Positions 22,423 through 36,000 of a DNA stretch of 64,000 nucleotides are shown here, piece after piece. Below the pieces are notes generated by a model, which saw only the letters and a list, made by a program, of their open reading frames with translations, had not been told where the DNA came from and did no database searches. The stretch's first letter is position 1; each line of letters opens with the position of its first letter. Origin of the DNA: Squalus acanthias (taxonomy: Eukaryota); the NCBI GenBank assembly GCA_030390025.1, contig CM059431.1:120840001-120904000 (forward strand), read 5' to 3'. A program made the position numbers and the translations under genes.

Positions 22423-25400
22423 ATGGCGGACACGAACGCAGTTTCCGTGAAACTGCTGGAGTTTTGGGAAAACCAGCCCGAAGCCTGGTTTCTCCAAGCT
22501 GAATCTCGCTTCTGGCTGCGAAATATGACCACAGATGGGACGAAGTACGACTATCTCGTCACATCACTCAGTAGCGCCGCAGTTTCGAAGGTTTGGACAA
22601 CGCTGCAGAACCCACCAGAGGAAGGCAAGTACGCACATCTCAGGACAGCGCTCCTTAAAAAATTTACGGCCTCGGCATATCAGCGAAACTGCCACCTCCT
22701 CGACCTTCCAGGCCTCGGTGATGCCTCACCGTCAGACCTCCTCTCCCACATGCTCTCCCTCACCGACGAGAGCCCACCCGGATCCCTCTTCCGCACGCTG
22801 TTCATCCGCCAGCTCCCTCTCAGCATCCGCCCAGCGATCGTGGCGTCCGGCCTCACGAACCTGGAAGCCCTGGCCGATGAGGCCGATAAGCTGCTGTCCG
22901 CTCACTCCAGCCGCGACGTCACTCCGGACCTGGCAGCCAATGCCTGGGCGCGCCCCTCACCATCCAGCACGCAGCCACAAGGGCCTGTCACCAGGCCCAC
23001 GGGGCCTTCACGCCCCACTAACCCGGGCCACTGTTACTACCACGCACGGTTCGGCGCCAGGGCACAACGGTGCACATCTCCCTGCTCTTTCAAGTCCGCC
23101 CCCGTACCAGCCCCCGCGATGGCTGTGGGCCACGCGGGCTCCCTGCTGTTCGTTACGGATGACAAAACCGGCCGCCGGTTCCTGTGCGACATTGGGGCTC
23201 AGCACAGCATCATCCCGGCCTCCTCCCTCGACATCCAAAAGGGCGAACGAGGACCGGCGCTGGCTGCTGCTAACGGCTCGGAAATCCGGACGTACGGCAC
23301 CCGGACAGTCACCCTCGACCTCGCTGGTCGCCGCTACCGATGGGAGTTCATCACTGCCAAGGTGCTCTCCCCTCTCATCGGCGCAGATTTCCTGTGCGCC
23401 CACAGCCTACTGGTAGACATCCCCCGTCACCGCCTCGTGGACATGAACACCATGTTCCCCAACCTGGGCACCATGGCCCCCCGTCAACCCGCCGACATGG
23501 CGTCACAGTGCCACGCCCGGGCCACGGATGACTACTCGGCACTCCTGGCCGAATTCCCAGCCCTTACCAATCCGACCTTCTCCGCGGAGGCCGCCAAACA
23601 CGGGGTGGAACACTTCATCCCCACCACAGGCCCCCCAGTGTACGCCCACGCCCGCAGGCTGGACCCGGCCAAACTGGAGATCGCGCGGACCGAGTTTGCC
23701 ACCATGGAACAGCTCGGCATCATCCGCCGCTCCAACAGTCCCTGGGCCTCCCCACTCCACATCGCCCCCAAACCAGGCGGAGGTTGGCGCCCCTGCGGGG
23801 ATTACCGCCGCCTCAATGACGCCACCACCCCTGATCGGTACCCCGTGCCGCACATTCAGGACTTCTCGGCTAGACTGGCCGGCCGCTCAGTCTTTTCCAA
23901 GGTCGACCTGGTGCGCGGCTACCACCAAGTCCCCGTCCACCCCACGGACGTCCCCAAGACGGCCGTAATCACCCCCTTCGGCCTGTTCGAGTTCCTGCGG
24001 ATGCCCTTCGGCCTCAAAAATGCGACCCAGGCATTCCAACGGCTCATGGACTCGGTCCTTCGGGACCTGAAGTTCCTGTTCGTCTACCTGGACGACATCC
24101 TGGTAGCCAGTTCCTCCAAGCAGACCTCGAACACCTCCGCATCCTGTTCAGGCGCTTCAGCGACCACGGGCTCATCCTCAGCCCAGCCAAATGCCAGTTC
24201 AGCCTGGACATGATCGACTTCCTCGGCCACCACATCACCCATGCTGGGGCCATTCCCCTGCCCACCAAGGTGCAGGCCGTCCAACAATTTCCCCGCCCCA
24301 CCACCATCAAAGGCGTCCAGGAGTTCCTCGGGATGGTGAACTTCTATAACCGCTTCATCCCCAAAGTGGCGTCCCTCATGAGGCCCCTGTATGAAACCCT
24401 CCGGGGCAGGAGTGCAAGATGGCAGTCGAATGGACGGAAGACGCGTCAGCCGCCTTCGACTCCACCAAGACCGCGCTCGCCAACGCCACCCTGCTCGCGC
24501 ACCCACGGCCCAATGCCAGGGTAGCGCTCACCACGGCCGCCTCCGACCACGCGGTCGGCGCCGTGTATGAGCAGTGGGTCGACGGCGCCTGGCAACCACT
24601 TGCCTTCTTCAGCCGCCAACTACGCCCCCCGGAGGTCAAGTACAGCACCTTCGACCGCGAGCTCCTCGTGCTGTTCCTGGCGGTCCGCCAATTCCGGTTT
24701 TTGCTTGAGGGCCACCCCTTCACGGCGTTTGTCGACCACAAGCCCCTGACATTCGCAATGGCAAAGACAACCGACCCCTGGTCTGTCAGGCAGCAGCGCC
24801 AGCTCGCGGCAGTGTCCGAGTTCACCATGGATATCCAACACGTCTCCGGCCGAGACAATGTGGTAGCCGACTGCCTCTCCCGCCCCGCCATCCACGCCGC
24901 ACACCTAGCAGTCGAATACGCTCAACTCGCAGCAGACCAGATCACCGACCCGGATCTGCTCTCCGCACCCACCAACATACCAGGGCTACGCCTGGCCGAC
25001 GTCGCCTGTGGCCCGACCGCAGTCACGGTCAAGTGCAACATATCCCTATGTCAACCTTGGCCCGTCGTCCCAGCGTCCTGGCGCCGCCGGGTATTCGACA
25101 TTCTCCACAACCTCTCCCACCCCGGTGCCCGCGCATCCATTAAATTGGTAGCCAACCGCTTCGTCTGGCGCGGCCTTCGCAAGGATGTGCGTACTTGGGC
25201 CAACTCCTGCCTAGCCTGCCAACGGGCCAAGGTACAGCAACACACGAAACCACCCCTCGAGGAGTTTACCGTCCCCTCGCGGAGATTCGACCACATCCAC
25301 GTGGACATCATCGGGCCCCTGCCGCCGTCGCAAGGCCACACGCACTTGCTGACCATCGTTGACCACACCACACGCTGGCCTGAGGCAATTCCACTGACCT

Positions 25401-26230
25401 CTACCACCACCGCCGACATCGCCAGAGCCTTCGTCAGCACCTGGGTCGCACGGTTCGGCGTCCCCTCCGACATGACGTCGGACAGAGGTCCGCAATTTAC
25501 CTCTGAACTCTGGACCGCCGTTGCACGCAATCTCGGGGTGACCATTCACCGCACCACAGCATACCACCCCCAAGCCAACGGACTGTGTGAGCGGTTCCAC
25601 AGATCCTTGAAGGCATCTCTTCGAGCCAGCCTCCAAGACGGCGCCTGGACCGACCGACTTCCGTGGGTCCTCCTTGGCCTGCGCACCGCGGTTAAAAAAG
25701 ACCTCCACGCATCGGCAGCAGAGCTCGTGTACGTTCAGCCGCTGCGCGTACCCGGCGAGTTCCTGCCCACCGCCACGACACCCTGGTCAGCCGACCAGCA
25801 ACGCCACGACTTCGCCTCACCGGCGCTGCAGTTCGCCCCGGTGCCCATTGCTCGACACGGCGAATCCACCTCACACGTCCCACTAAGCCTGCACCAGGCA
25901 CGGTTTGTTTTCGTCCGGCACGACGCCCACCGCGGATCCCTTCAACCCCCGTACGACAGGCCCTACAAGGTGCTACAGGCTGGGGACAAATTTTTAACCC
26001 TGCAAGTGGGCGACAGGACCGAAAAAGTGTCGGTTGACCAACTCAAGCCAGCACACTCGGAGCCCGGTGAGCAGGTCCCTGTAGCTCGTCCACCTCCACG
26101 CGGCCGACCTGCCCTCAAGCCGGTTCACCCGGCTGCTCCACGCCCGGCCGTTCCACGTCCACCGGCGTCCTACAAGAGCCGCTCCGGCCGGCCCATCAGA
26201 CCGCCGCACCGTCTCATCCACACCTCCTAA
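22423..26230 (+). pseudogene. gag-pol: Gypsy gag-pol polyprotein with two frameshifts (~24120 and ~24410)
   Basis: Gag CX2HX9CX3C (CYYHARFGARAQRCTSPC), protease FLCDIGA, RT WRPCGDYRRLN..MPFGLKNA..YLDD, RNase H ASDHAVGAV..YSTFDRELL, integrase H..H..C..C and DDE (HVD, SDRGPQF, NGLCER). Confidence 0.93.
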
Positions 26231-26674
26231 GCGGATTCTGGGGGGAGCTGTGTGGCAGATCGCCACCTAAACGGGCATAACCCACTTTTCCGTCTGTGGA
26301 CAATATATCAGTGAACCTTCCCTTTAAGGCACCTTACCTTTAAGACAGGAGTGGGCAGGGCTTCAGGGTTTTTCCAGAGAATTCTGGGAGCAGCTTTCTC
26401 AGCCATTTTTGTGTGCCATGCAGTGAATTAAAGTTTCTTGTTTTCCACATGTGGATTCAGCCTCCATTCGTGTTTTGCGGCAGCCTCAACACCAGAATAC
26501 ATATTAATTAACATTTCAGAACTATAGATAAAAGTCTCCAATTAGAAACAACGATGTATTGAAAAGGAGCTGTAAAGCTGATGGCAATGGCAAGAATCAT
26601 GTTTTTTAGCAGAGTATTGGATGACAATTATGCATTGGCACAGAAAGGCTAAGGTGTGACCCAAAAGATGTCTT

Positions 26675-27045
26675 TAAAATTATGAAAGGTTTTGGTAGCG
26701 TAGACACAGAGAGAATATTTCCATTGTGGGGAAGAGCAAAACTAGAGGCCATCAATATAAGATAGTCAACAAGAAATCAAATAAAGGAATTCAGAAGAAA
26801 CTTCTTTACCCAGAGAGTGGTGAGAAAGTGGAACTCGCTACCAGAGGGAGTAGTTAAGGCGAATAGTATAGATGCATTTAAGGGGAGGCTAGATAAGCAT
26901 ATGAGGGAGAAGGGAATAGAGGGTAACGCTGATAGAGTTAGATGAGGAAGGATGGCAGGAGGCTCGAGTGGAGCATAAACACTGGCATGGACAGGTTGGC
27001 CGAACGGCCTGTTTCTGTGCTTTATATTCTATGTAATCCTATATG
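26675..27045 (+). mobile_element. CR1 LINE 3' end fragment
   Basis: ACTAGAGGCCAT..TTCTTTACCCAGAGAGTGGTG..GGCCGAACGGCCTGTTTCTGTGC, CR1-type tail. Confidence 0.75.
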
Positions 27046-27969
27046 CAAAGTGTCATCAATTAGAGCCTGGGTGAAAAATTGGCATTGAAGATACCTTTTC
27101 TGGCACCAGATCGGGTCCTCTTATGCAACTGGCTGAAGTTGGCTCTCTTTAGGATCTCCAAAACTATATTTTCAAAAGGACTAGGTCTTCTTGGTTCCGT
27201 TGGTGGAGCTATTTCTCCCCCTTCAAGTGGCAGCTTGGCTCAGTGTTAGCACTCTCACTTCTGAGTCAAAAAGCCAAGAGATCAAGCCCCACTTCTGGAC
27301 TTGGGCACAGAATGTAGGCTGACACTTCAATGGAATTCTTACAGAGTGACACATTGTCACAGACGCTGGGGATGATTTTCATCTTGCTACCATTCCATTT
27401 GCACCTAAATTGTGTGGCAGCAGCAGGACACAAATTGGAAGAAAAATACTCATTTACAGCTGGCAGTCCACCGATTCTGATTTTCAGACAAAGCTTGATC
27501 TAGGAAGCTAACACTCCCATCAGAAACAGATGGGGGTCTAACTCAAATAAGGGTCAATTGACATGGTCAGGACTTCAACTGTCAATGAGCCCTGCGATTG
27601 CAACTTTTTCAACCTGCCCAAAAACCATTGGTGTTTTAAATGAGGAGAAATCGATCTACAGTACTAGTTAAAGGAATCCTTATCTGAAGTCAGAGAATGC
27701 TAGAAGTAGCTCTGGCACTCATTGTTCCTGCAGAGTTTTGAGCCTTAAGGGTTTCCATGAGTTTATCTCCTTGCTGCTGTGTGTGATCATAAAATTTCCC
27801 TGCCACTGAAATTTGCTGCTTTGTTTATCTCCTATACCTCCAACCCTCCCTTTTAAGTGCTGCCATAGGCCCATAATGAGCATCTGTCCTGCTGGATATC
27901 CTGCCCTTCCAAACCGTGAGCTGCCCACATGTAGCGCAATTAATGCTGGCAGCTTAGCTGCTCTATGAT

Positions 27970-28185
27970 AACAACAACAGCGTGCATCTATATAGTGCCT
28001 TTAGCGTAGTGAAATATCCCATGCTGCTTCACAGGAGCGTTATCAAACAAAATTTGACACCGAGCCACATAAGGGGATATTAGGGCAGATTTGTCAAGGA
28101 GGTAGCTTTTAAGGAACGTTTTAAAGGAGGAAAGAGAGGTAGCAAGGTGGAGAGATTTAGGGAGGGAATTCCAGAGCTTAGAGTG
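27970..28185 (-). mobile_element. L2 LINE 3' tail fragment
   Basis: Homologous to 5690-5890; LWNSLPKSL..SLSSFKTFLK. Confidence 0.75.
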
Positions 28186-31100
28186 AGGCCTGACCATTTG
28201 ATAGGCCCTCCTGCCAACGTCATCAGTTGGGTGGAACAGACTCCTTGCCCACTACCTGCCCGATCTCTGCTCTATACTAAAATCAACCCAACTATTTTCA
28301 GATGAAATGATAAGCCAAATCCCTATCTGCTTGTTCAGGTGCATGTGAAACATCCCGTGATACGATTTGACTAAGAACAGGGGAGTTTTGCCTTCAAAAG
28401 TAATCCATTGACTGCAAAGTGCTTTGGTACATCCTGAGGACTTGAAAAGTACTATATAAATAGCAATGCAGTTCTAAAGGTGACCAGAAAGCTTTCAAGA
28501 GCTGCTGGTGTAGAATATGCCACATTTGACCCCAGCGCATCATTAGATCTGCACCAGTAGTGCTGGTTACTTTGTTGACTTTGTTTTATAGTGGAAGGTC
28601 AGCTCACAGCACTGCTCGAATGCACAGTGTTGATTTTCAGCCAACGTACTGGATTATCGGCCTTTCAATTCTTTAGTTTTGAAACTTCTTTCTGGGAGCA
28701 AAGAGTAGGGGAGGCACTGCTCATAGAATCTACATATAAACATCGGCGACCTGGGCCTGGATTGTGCTAGTATTGCAAAGTAAATGTTTTGCTCAAGTTT
28801 CCACTGAAGCTCATTTGCATATCGCCAAAAGTAAAATCTTCCATGAACCAGCGCAATCTGGCAACATTTTAGAACTTCATTTTTTAAGAAATGTTGCATT
28901 AAAAATATTCCTTGATATACTTAAGAGTGGAAACCTGATACAGTTTTATTAATACAGCTGAAAATGGGTTTATCACAAAAAATAAGCATTTTTAGAGTGT
29001 CTAGTCCACCATCTGTGAGTAACCCGATTTTAAATAACAGAAAATGACTTTAAAAAACTATACAGCACCATTTACTAGTTTCATTGGTGCACAGTAGTCA
29101 GTTTCTTAGTAAACTTAAATAAAATAGTATTTTAAAGGTTTTTAAAAGGTGCCAAATAGTGCGCTTCTGCCTAAAAACAACCATCTTAATTTGAAAAGCC
29201 TCCTCAAAGGCCCGCAAAACAGGCGCAATTAGCAGAAACTTGCAATGGCGATCAATTTGATCTGGGACATGGCCAGTTTTGTGGGCGGGGTTGGCTTCCA
29301 GCCCCATGTTTTTTAAACTAGCGCAAAAGATTGCAACATTTCAATTTGTGCTGGATGGAATTTGCGCAATTCCCCAATCTTTTGCGCTGATTCAGCCGAT
29401 TTTGGGCGAATTGCGTTGCTGAGCAGAAACTCCCAGCCGTAATACTGATCACCGAAAGCAAACAGGTGCTCAAGATCGCTGGAATATGTCCACTCACACT
29501 GTCATCTCCCTTGTTACCTAATCCATTAAAGTAAAAACCATAGCCCATTGCACAGTGAAGAGTTTCTGTCCTGCGCTGAATTGCAGCTTTTTTGTTTTGT
29601 TCTCCAATGGACTTGTTTTCAATTAGTTGCCACTTGGCAAGGGCTGTGAAATGATATCTCAACCAGTTAGTTTGCTATTGCTGTGGTGTAACAGTAGCAG
29701 CTTGTGCCAGGTGGCAAGGAATATAATTTATTCAGCAAAGACTTTGCGCAGCATATCTTAGCCTCTCAAAATCTGCAGCGAGTCTTCCACAGATATAACG
29801 GCTTCAGTTTTCCCAGATGATGATCAGACTTTTGCTATGGATTGCATGTCTTCCCCTGTATTTCCTCAGTGGTTGGCTTGCATCTTTATATGAATGAAAA
29901 TAAGAAAAAGAAGCATGAAAACAATTAAACTGTTTCGATTTCTCTCTCTCTTTTGATAGATATTTCTTTTCTTTTTCAGTATCTTTGCATCTTTCCTGTT
30001 TATTGCTTTGCCTTTTAATCTGGAACTGGCATAAAAAACATTTTGAGAGAAAAATACCCAGAAATGGTACTTGACTTTTAATCAACCTTTAATCTCCTTA
30101 TAAACAACAGAGCAGGGATAAGAATTTATATAACCTCGTTTAAATGTTGAAAAGGGACAAATGAAATAAAACAGAAAGAAGTAACATTGCTTGAATGAGA
30201 AGATCTGAAAGTTCAAAGGAAGAGGGTTGGCTTCAACCAGTGAAAGATACTAACATGGAATTATGCCAACAAGTAAAAAGTACAAGAAACATGGGGGAGA
30301 TTTTAGTTACCCTAAATTAAAATCGAGTGATGGAAGGGTTCTTTCAATAGTCGGTTCATTTGATTCATTAATGCAAGACTCCATTCTGATGTAGTAGGTC
30401 AGATTTTTGAATCGTCTTTTTCATTGTGGAGGCGCAGAACAGGCGCAAGAGATTACTAAATTTGAGGAGCAGGCCTTAGACATATTTTGTACCTAAATAC
30501 TTCTGTCCATCATTTTCCATCTGGTTGCATTTTACGCACACACACTTTGGGGTAAATTGTGATCTCCGGATCTAGCCTGTATTGCATGTCTGGAGTTTGG
30601 GCAATCTTTCCTCATTTTGAGGCCATTCATTTCACTAAAGATGAAAATTTACCCTTTCAGTCATTGCCTCATTAAGACCCCTGAGTGCTTACAAATATTT
30701 CATTGTACTTTTCTGGCTTTTGCATGAGGATTGAACTTTTTCTCTATAAAGCCCATTCTGAATGATTACGAGGGAAGTTCCATGTGCAATGGGGCTCTTG
30801 AAGGGGAATATGTTTTATGAGTTATTTGTTGGTTTTTAAGTACCCCCAAAGAATAATTCATCATTGTCCTCTGAAAAATGGGTAGGAGTACTTGAGTATC
30901 AGTGATCATAACACAATTCATTTTGAATCAGAACAAGACATAACAAAATAACAAAATTAGAATTCATCAAGCAACTTTGAAAACCACGAGGATTGATATA
31001 ATGGGGATAACTTGTGAAAAAAGGATAAACAAAATTGGAATGTTTTAAGGATGCTGGTGGATTTGCCAACATGTGGCTCGTGGTGAGTTGGAGGAAATAA

Positions 31101-33338
31101 CATTTTATAATGACATGAGGATTATACCACATCTGACAAAAAATGTATTTTTGTCTAGTGTTAAATTTAGTGGCTGGCCCTTTAAATCTAGTCATGTGCA
31201 AGGGGGAGTTTAATAACCAGTTGAAAGCAAACTCATGCAGCAAGCCAAAACCAACAGATTTGCAGAAGTTTCATCAGTCACAGGCTTGAGAAAGAGATAA
31301 TTCAAACAGAAGGAATTTTCTGTCATCAGTTCTGTTTGTATTTGACTAATGGTTTCTTTTTAATTTCAGAGGACAGATACTCAATATCCAGAAGGTCCTG
31401 GTAACTTTTATCCAGATATTTAAAACAAAATTCTGTTTAAATTGGAGCAGATGGAAAATCCCTTGAGAAGAGGCAGTTTAAAATATCAGAAAAACAACCA
31501 ACCAATCAGTACTGGAGATTTTTGATACATTGTGCATATTTAAAAGTTATTTACAAAGATTTAGATCTTAGAATTGCAATCTTTTTCTCATCTGGTCCAC
31601 TCGAGGAGCTGGTGGAAGGATAGCTACTGTAAATGTACGACTGTGAGGCATAACAGTTTTTTATCTGCTTTGTTTATCTTCTAGTAAAAGAAATTTGCTT
31701 GATAATTTATTTGCTCACTTCTTAGACATGTTATCGAAAGCCCAACTAGGATTGGCACTCTTGAAGAAATGGGGAGTTAGGACATACCCATAAGAGTGAG
31801 TTAAGATGCAGCAGCCAAAATGATTAGGGTAAGAATGGAACTGGCCTGGGTAAATTGGAATCAAAGATTGGCAGGCAAAACTGTAATCAAACAATGGGCT
31901 GCCTTTAAAGAGGAGATGGTTCGGGTACAGTCGAGGTACATTCCTACAGGTGGAAAAGGTAGGGCAAGCAAAGCCAGAGCTCCCTGGATGACAAAAGAGA
32001 TATAGAGTAAGATAAAGTAAAAAAAAGGGGGCGTATGACCGATGTCAGGTTGAGAATACAAGTGAGAACCAGGCTGAATATAAAAAGTTCAGAGGGGAAG
32101 TGAAAAAGGAAATAAGAGGGGCAAACAGAATATGAGAATCGATTGGCAGCTAACATAAAAGGGAATCCAAAAGTCTTCTATAGGCATATAAATAATAAAC
32201 AGGTAGTAAGAGGAGGGGTGCGACTGATTAGGGACCAAAATGGAGAACTACACATGGAGGCAGAAGGTACTAAATGAGTACTTTGCATCTGTGTTTACCA
32301 AGCAAAAAGATGCTGCCAACATCATAGTGAAAGAGGAAGTAGTTGAGATACTAGATGGGCTAAAAATTGATAAAGAGGAGATACTAGAAAGACTGGCTGT
32401 GCTTAAAGTAGATAAATCACCAAGACTGGATGGGATGCATCCTAGGATGCTGAGGGAAGTAAAAATGTAAATTGCAGAGGTACAGGCCATAATCTTTCAA
32501 TCCTCCTTAGATACAGGGGTGGTGCCAGAGGACTGGAGAATTGCAAATGTTACACCCTTGTTCAAAAAACAGTGTAAGGATAAACCCAGCAATTACAGGC
32601 CAGTCAATTTAACCTCGGTGGTGGGGAAACTTTTAGAAATGATAATCCGGGACAAAATTAACAATCACTCGGACAAGTGTGGATTAATTAAGGAAAGCCA
32701 GCACGAATTTGTTAAAAGCAAATCGTGTTTAACTTGATGGAGTTTTTTGATGAGGTAACAGAAAGGATTGATGAGGGCTATGCGGTTGACGTGGTGTACA
32801 TGGACTTACAAAAGATGTTTGATAAATTGCCACATAATAGGCATGCCAGCAAAGTTGAAGACATTGGAATAAAAGGGAGTGACAGTAAACAGAGAGTAGT
32901 GGTGAACGGTTGTTTTTTGAACTGGATGAAGGTATACAGTGGTGTTCCCCAGGGGTCGGTTCTAGGACCACTGTTTTTCTTGATATATATTAATGACTGG
33001 ACTTGGGTGTACACGGCACAATTTCAAAATTTGCAGATGACACAAAACTTGGAAGTATAGTGAACAGTGAGGAGGATAGTGATAGACTTCGAGAAGACAT
33101 AGACAGGCGGTGGAATGAGCAGACATGTGGCAGATGAAATTTAACACAGAAAAGAGCAAAGTGATACATTTTGGTAGGAAGATGAGGAGAGGCAATATAA
33201 ACTATAAGGTACAATTCTAAAGGGGGTGTATGAACAGAGAGACCCGGGAGTATATGTATACAAATCGTTGAAGGTGGCTGGGCAGGTTGAGAAAGCGGTT
33301 AAAAAAGCATACAGGATCCTGGGCTTCATAAATAGAGG

Positions 33339-33482
33339 TCATGATGCGGAGATGCCAGTGTTGGACTGGGGTGGACAAAAATGAGAAGTCGCACAACACC
33401 TGAAGAAGGAGCAGAGCTCCGAAAGCTCGTAATTTTAAATAAAACTGTTGGACTATAACCTGGTGTTGTGCGACTTCTCATT
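33339..33482 (+). mobile_element. Short Penelope-type terminal insertion with inverted repeat and hammerhead motif
   Basis: Flanking direct repeat TTCATAAATAGAGG at 33325-33338 and 33483-33496. 23-bp inverted repeat at 33378-33400 and 33462-33484. Core CTGAAGA-aGGAGCagaGCTCC-GAAAGCTC. Confidence 0.65.
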
Positions 33483-33564
33483 TTCATAAATAGAGGCATG
33501 GAGTACAAAAGCTAGGAAGTTATGATGATTCTTTATAAAATATTGGTTCGGCTTCAACTGGAGT

Positions 33565-34297
33565 GGGCTGGATTTTGCAAATGGGGAGCTTTTGGAGGCG
33601 GGACTCCCACTTGTCGGGTTTCAGTCCCGCCTCCATCAACTTCTGGCCAACCCTCGCTATTTTCCCTTGATTGACCTTGTTAAGCCCGCCCATTTTGACA
33701 GATGAATTGTCATCGCTTGACAGCTCTGTGAAGCTGTCAAACACTGACATTCTCTGTAGTTTGATGAGGTCTTGAATTCAAGACCTCATCAAACCTCTTT
33801 CTTCTGCAGAAATTAGATGGTTGTTGCATTGAGAATGCAACGGCCATCTGTCATCTCTGCCGCGGAGGTGCGAGACTCTCCGCATACCCACCGATTGAAG
33901 CCTGCAGGAAGAAACAAAGGTAAGTAAAGTTTTTCTAAGACTTTCCACTCACCTCACATACCCACCTCTCCACACTTGCACCCATCACTTACCTTCACAG
34001 CGCACTTTTGCACCCCGCAGACCCCCACAGACCCACTACTCGCCTCGGTGACCCTGGTGGGGTTCGGAGCCTTCGGGAAGCCTGCACTTGTGTGGGCAAA
34101 ATGGGGATAATCCTCTTATCTGCCTGTTAACTACCTGTTAACAGGCAGATAAGTGGCACTAATCCCCTTCCCGTCTCCTGGCAAGATGGCACGGAGGTGG
34201 GTTGGGGGCGGGTTGGGCACCCGCCCCCATATTCTGCCATTTTCCCGGCAGTCCCGCCTCCATACCCGCCTCCCTAGGGCTGGCAAGATTGCGTCCC
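33565..34297. mobile_element. Non-autonomous Harbinger-type element (MITE) inserted in CR1
   Basis: GGGCTGGATTTT left end. Homologous to 34837-35614. The CR1 reading resumes at 34298. Confidence 0.7.
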
Positions 34298-34701
34298 ATT
34301 GTGCTCAATTCTGAGCACCGCACTTTTGGAAAAGATGTGAAGGCCTTAGAGAGGCTGCAGAAAAGTTTTACAAGAATGGTTCCAGGGATGAGGGACTTCA
34401 GTTATGTGGATAGACTGGTGAAGCTGGGGTTGTTCTCCTTCGAGCAGAGAAGGTTGGGAGATCTGATAGAGGTGTTCAAAATCATGAGGTGTCGAGACAC
34501 AGTAGGTAGAAACTGTTCCCATTGGCGGAAGGGTCGAGAACCAGAGGACACAGATTTAAGGTGATTGGCAGAAGAACCAAAAGCGACATGAGGGAAAACT
34601 TTTTTACGTAGCGAGTGGTTATGATCTGGAAAGCACTGCCTTGAAAGGGTGGTGGAGGCAGATTCAACTGTGGCTTTCAAAAGGGAATTGGATAAGTCCC
34701 T

Positions 34702-36000
34702 TGTAATGTATTATCACATGGTTTATCACATGGTTTCATATGAGCATGTTCAGTTCGCTCTGGCCTAGTAAACAAGCACCTTGAATAGCAACTCATTGTA
34801 TCTCTGTCCTTCATTTGTTCTACCCACATATATAACGGGGGCGATTTTGTGAATGGAGGCGAGTTGGAGGCGGGACTGCTGCTTGTCGGGTTTCAGTCCT
34901 GCCTCCATCGAGTTGTGGCTAACCCACGCTATTTTCCCTTGATTGACCTTGTTAAACCCACCCAGCAGGCTTAGCAGGCCAATTAAGGGAAAGCCGGTTG
35001 TAGAGAACGTCAACGTATGATGTTTCATCTGTGAAGCTATCAAACAGTGACAATCTCTGCAGTTTGATGAGGTCTTGCATACAAGACCTCATCAACCTTC
35101 TTTCTTTTACAGAATTGAGATGTTTGTTGCATCCGGGAATGCAACGGCCATCTCTCATCTGCAACACGGAGGTGCGAGACTCTCCGTATAGAAACCGACT
35201 GAAGCCAGCAGGAAGAAACAAAGGTAAGTACACTTTTAAAAACACTTATGACTTACCTCAGATACTCACCTCTACACTCTTGCACCCATCACTTACCTTC
35301 ACACCACACTTTTGCACCCCCCCGACCCCCGCAGACCCAGTACTCGCCTCGCTGAGCTGGCGGGTTTTGGAGCCTGTGAGGGTAAAAACGGGATAATCCT
35401 ACTTTCTGCCTGTTAACTACCTGTTAACAGGCAGTTAATAGGCTTTAATCCCTTCCAAGGAGACGGGACCCAGCGCAGAATGACTACCCGCCTCCTAGGA
35501 AGATGGCATGGAGGCGGGTTGGGGGCGGGTTTGCCACCCGGCCCCAAATTCTGCCATTTTCCCGGCAGTCCCATCTCCATACCCGCCTCCTCGGGGCTGA
35601 GAAAAATCGCCCCCCACATTTTTGGCAACAAGAATAGGATTCCAAAACCATTTTTAGGGATCATGGACGGACACAGTGTTCAACCTTCGAGTGAAAAAGT
35701 CTAAGCTGAATTTGGGACACCTAAATTGAATTTTTTGCGATGTTTTACTGTTAATGCTGCTGCAGAATTGTCTGTGCTTCGCCTTCGGGTGTATGTACAA
35801 ACAGCAACAATGGCGTTGATTCTCACAGGTACACAGGTAGCGTGCTGAGTCACTGTTCAAAGGGATCAGGACAATCATGGCCGTGCCTACGGGATTCATC
35901 AGAAGCCCTGGCATGTATGACCGAGCTCGTGAACCATTCAGTTCTTATATTGAGCGGATGGAGATGTTTTTAAAGGCGAATAACATTATTGAGACTGAAG
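34702..36000 (+). mobile_element. 5' remnant of a second Gypsy element (short LTR, degenerate PBS, gag start), LTR interrupted by MITE
   Basis: TGTAATG start; LTR end ..TATAAC[MITE]..A. PBS-like TGGCAACAAGAATAGGAT (CpG-decayed tRNA-Ser type). ATG at ~35877 reads MAVPTGFIRSPGMYDRAREPFSSYIERMEMFLKANNII, like Gypsy Gag N-termini. Confidence 0.6.
34837..35614. mobile_element. Non-autonomous Harbinger-type element (MITE)
   Basis: TIRs GGGGGCGATTTT / AAAATCGCCCCC; near-TSD AAC/CAC. Confidence 0.75.

Larger units (their letters stand above)
22142..26491 (+). mobile_element. Full-length Ty3/Gypsy LTR retrotransposon, CsRN1-type (4,350 bp)
   Basis: 241-bp LTRs at 22142-22382 and 26251-26491 (about 7 differences by eye). 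TSD CCAG. PBS TGGTGACCCCGACG complementary to tRNA-Trp. G-rich PPT. Domain order Gag-PR-RT-RH-IN. Confidence 0.95.
31820..34700 (+). mobile_element. CR1 LINE ORF2 (RT) 3' half, interrupted by Penelope-type and MITE insertions
   Basis: APWM, LNEYFASVFT, KSPRLDGMHP, VPEDWRIANVTPLFKK..NYRPVNLTS, GVPQGSVLGP, LERLQK..LGLFS. Many stops and frameshifts. Confidence 0.9.

Noticed and set aside
22535..26266. Many long alternative-frame and antisense ORFs over the Gypsy element (e.g. 22535-23416, 293 aa)
   Set aside because: Expected shadow ORFs of GC-rich coding sequence; Ser/Pro/Arg-rich with no motifs.
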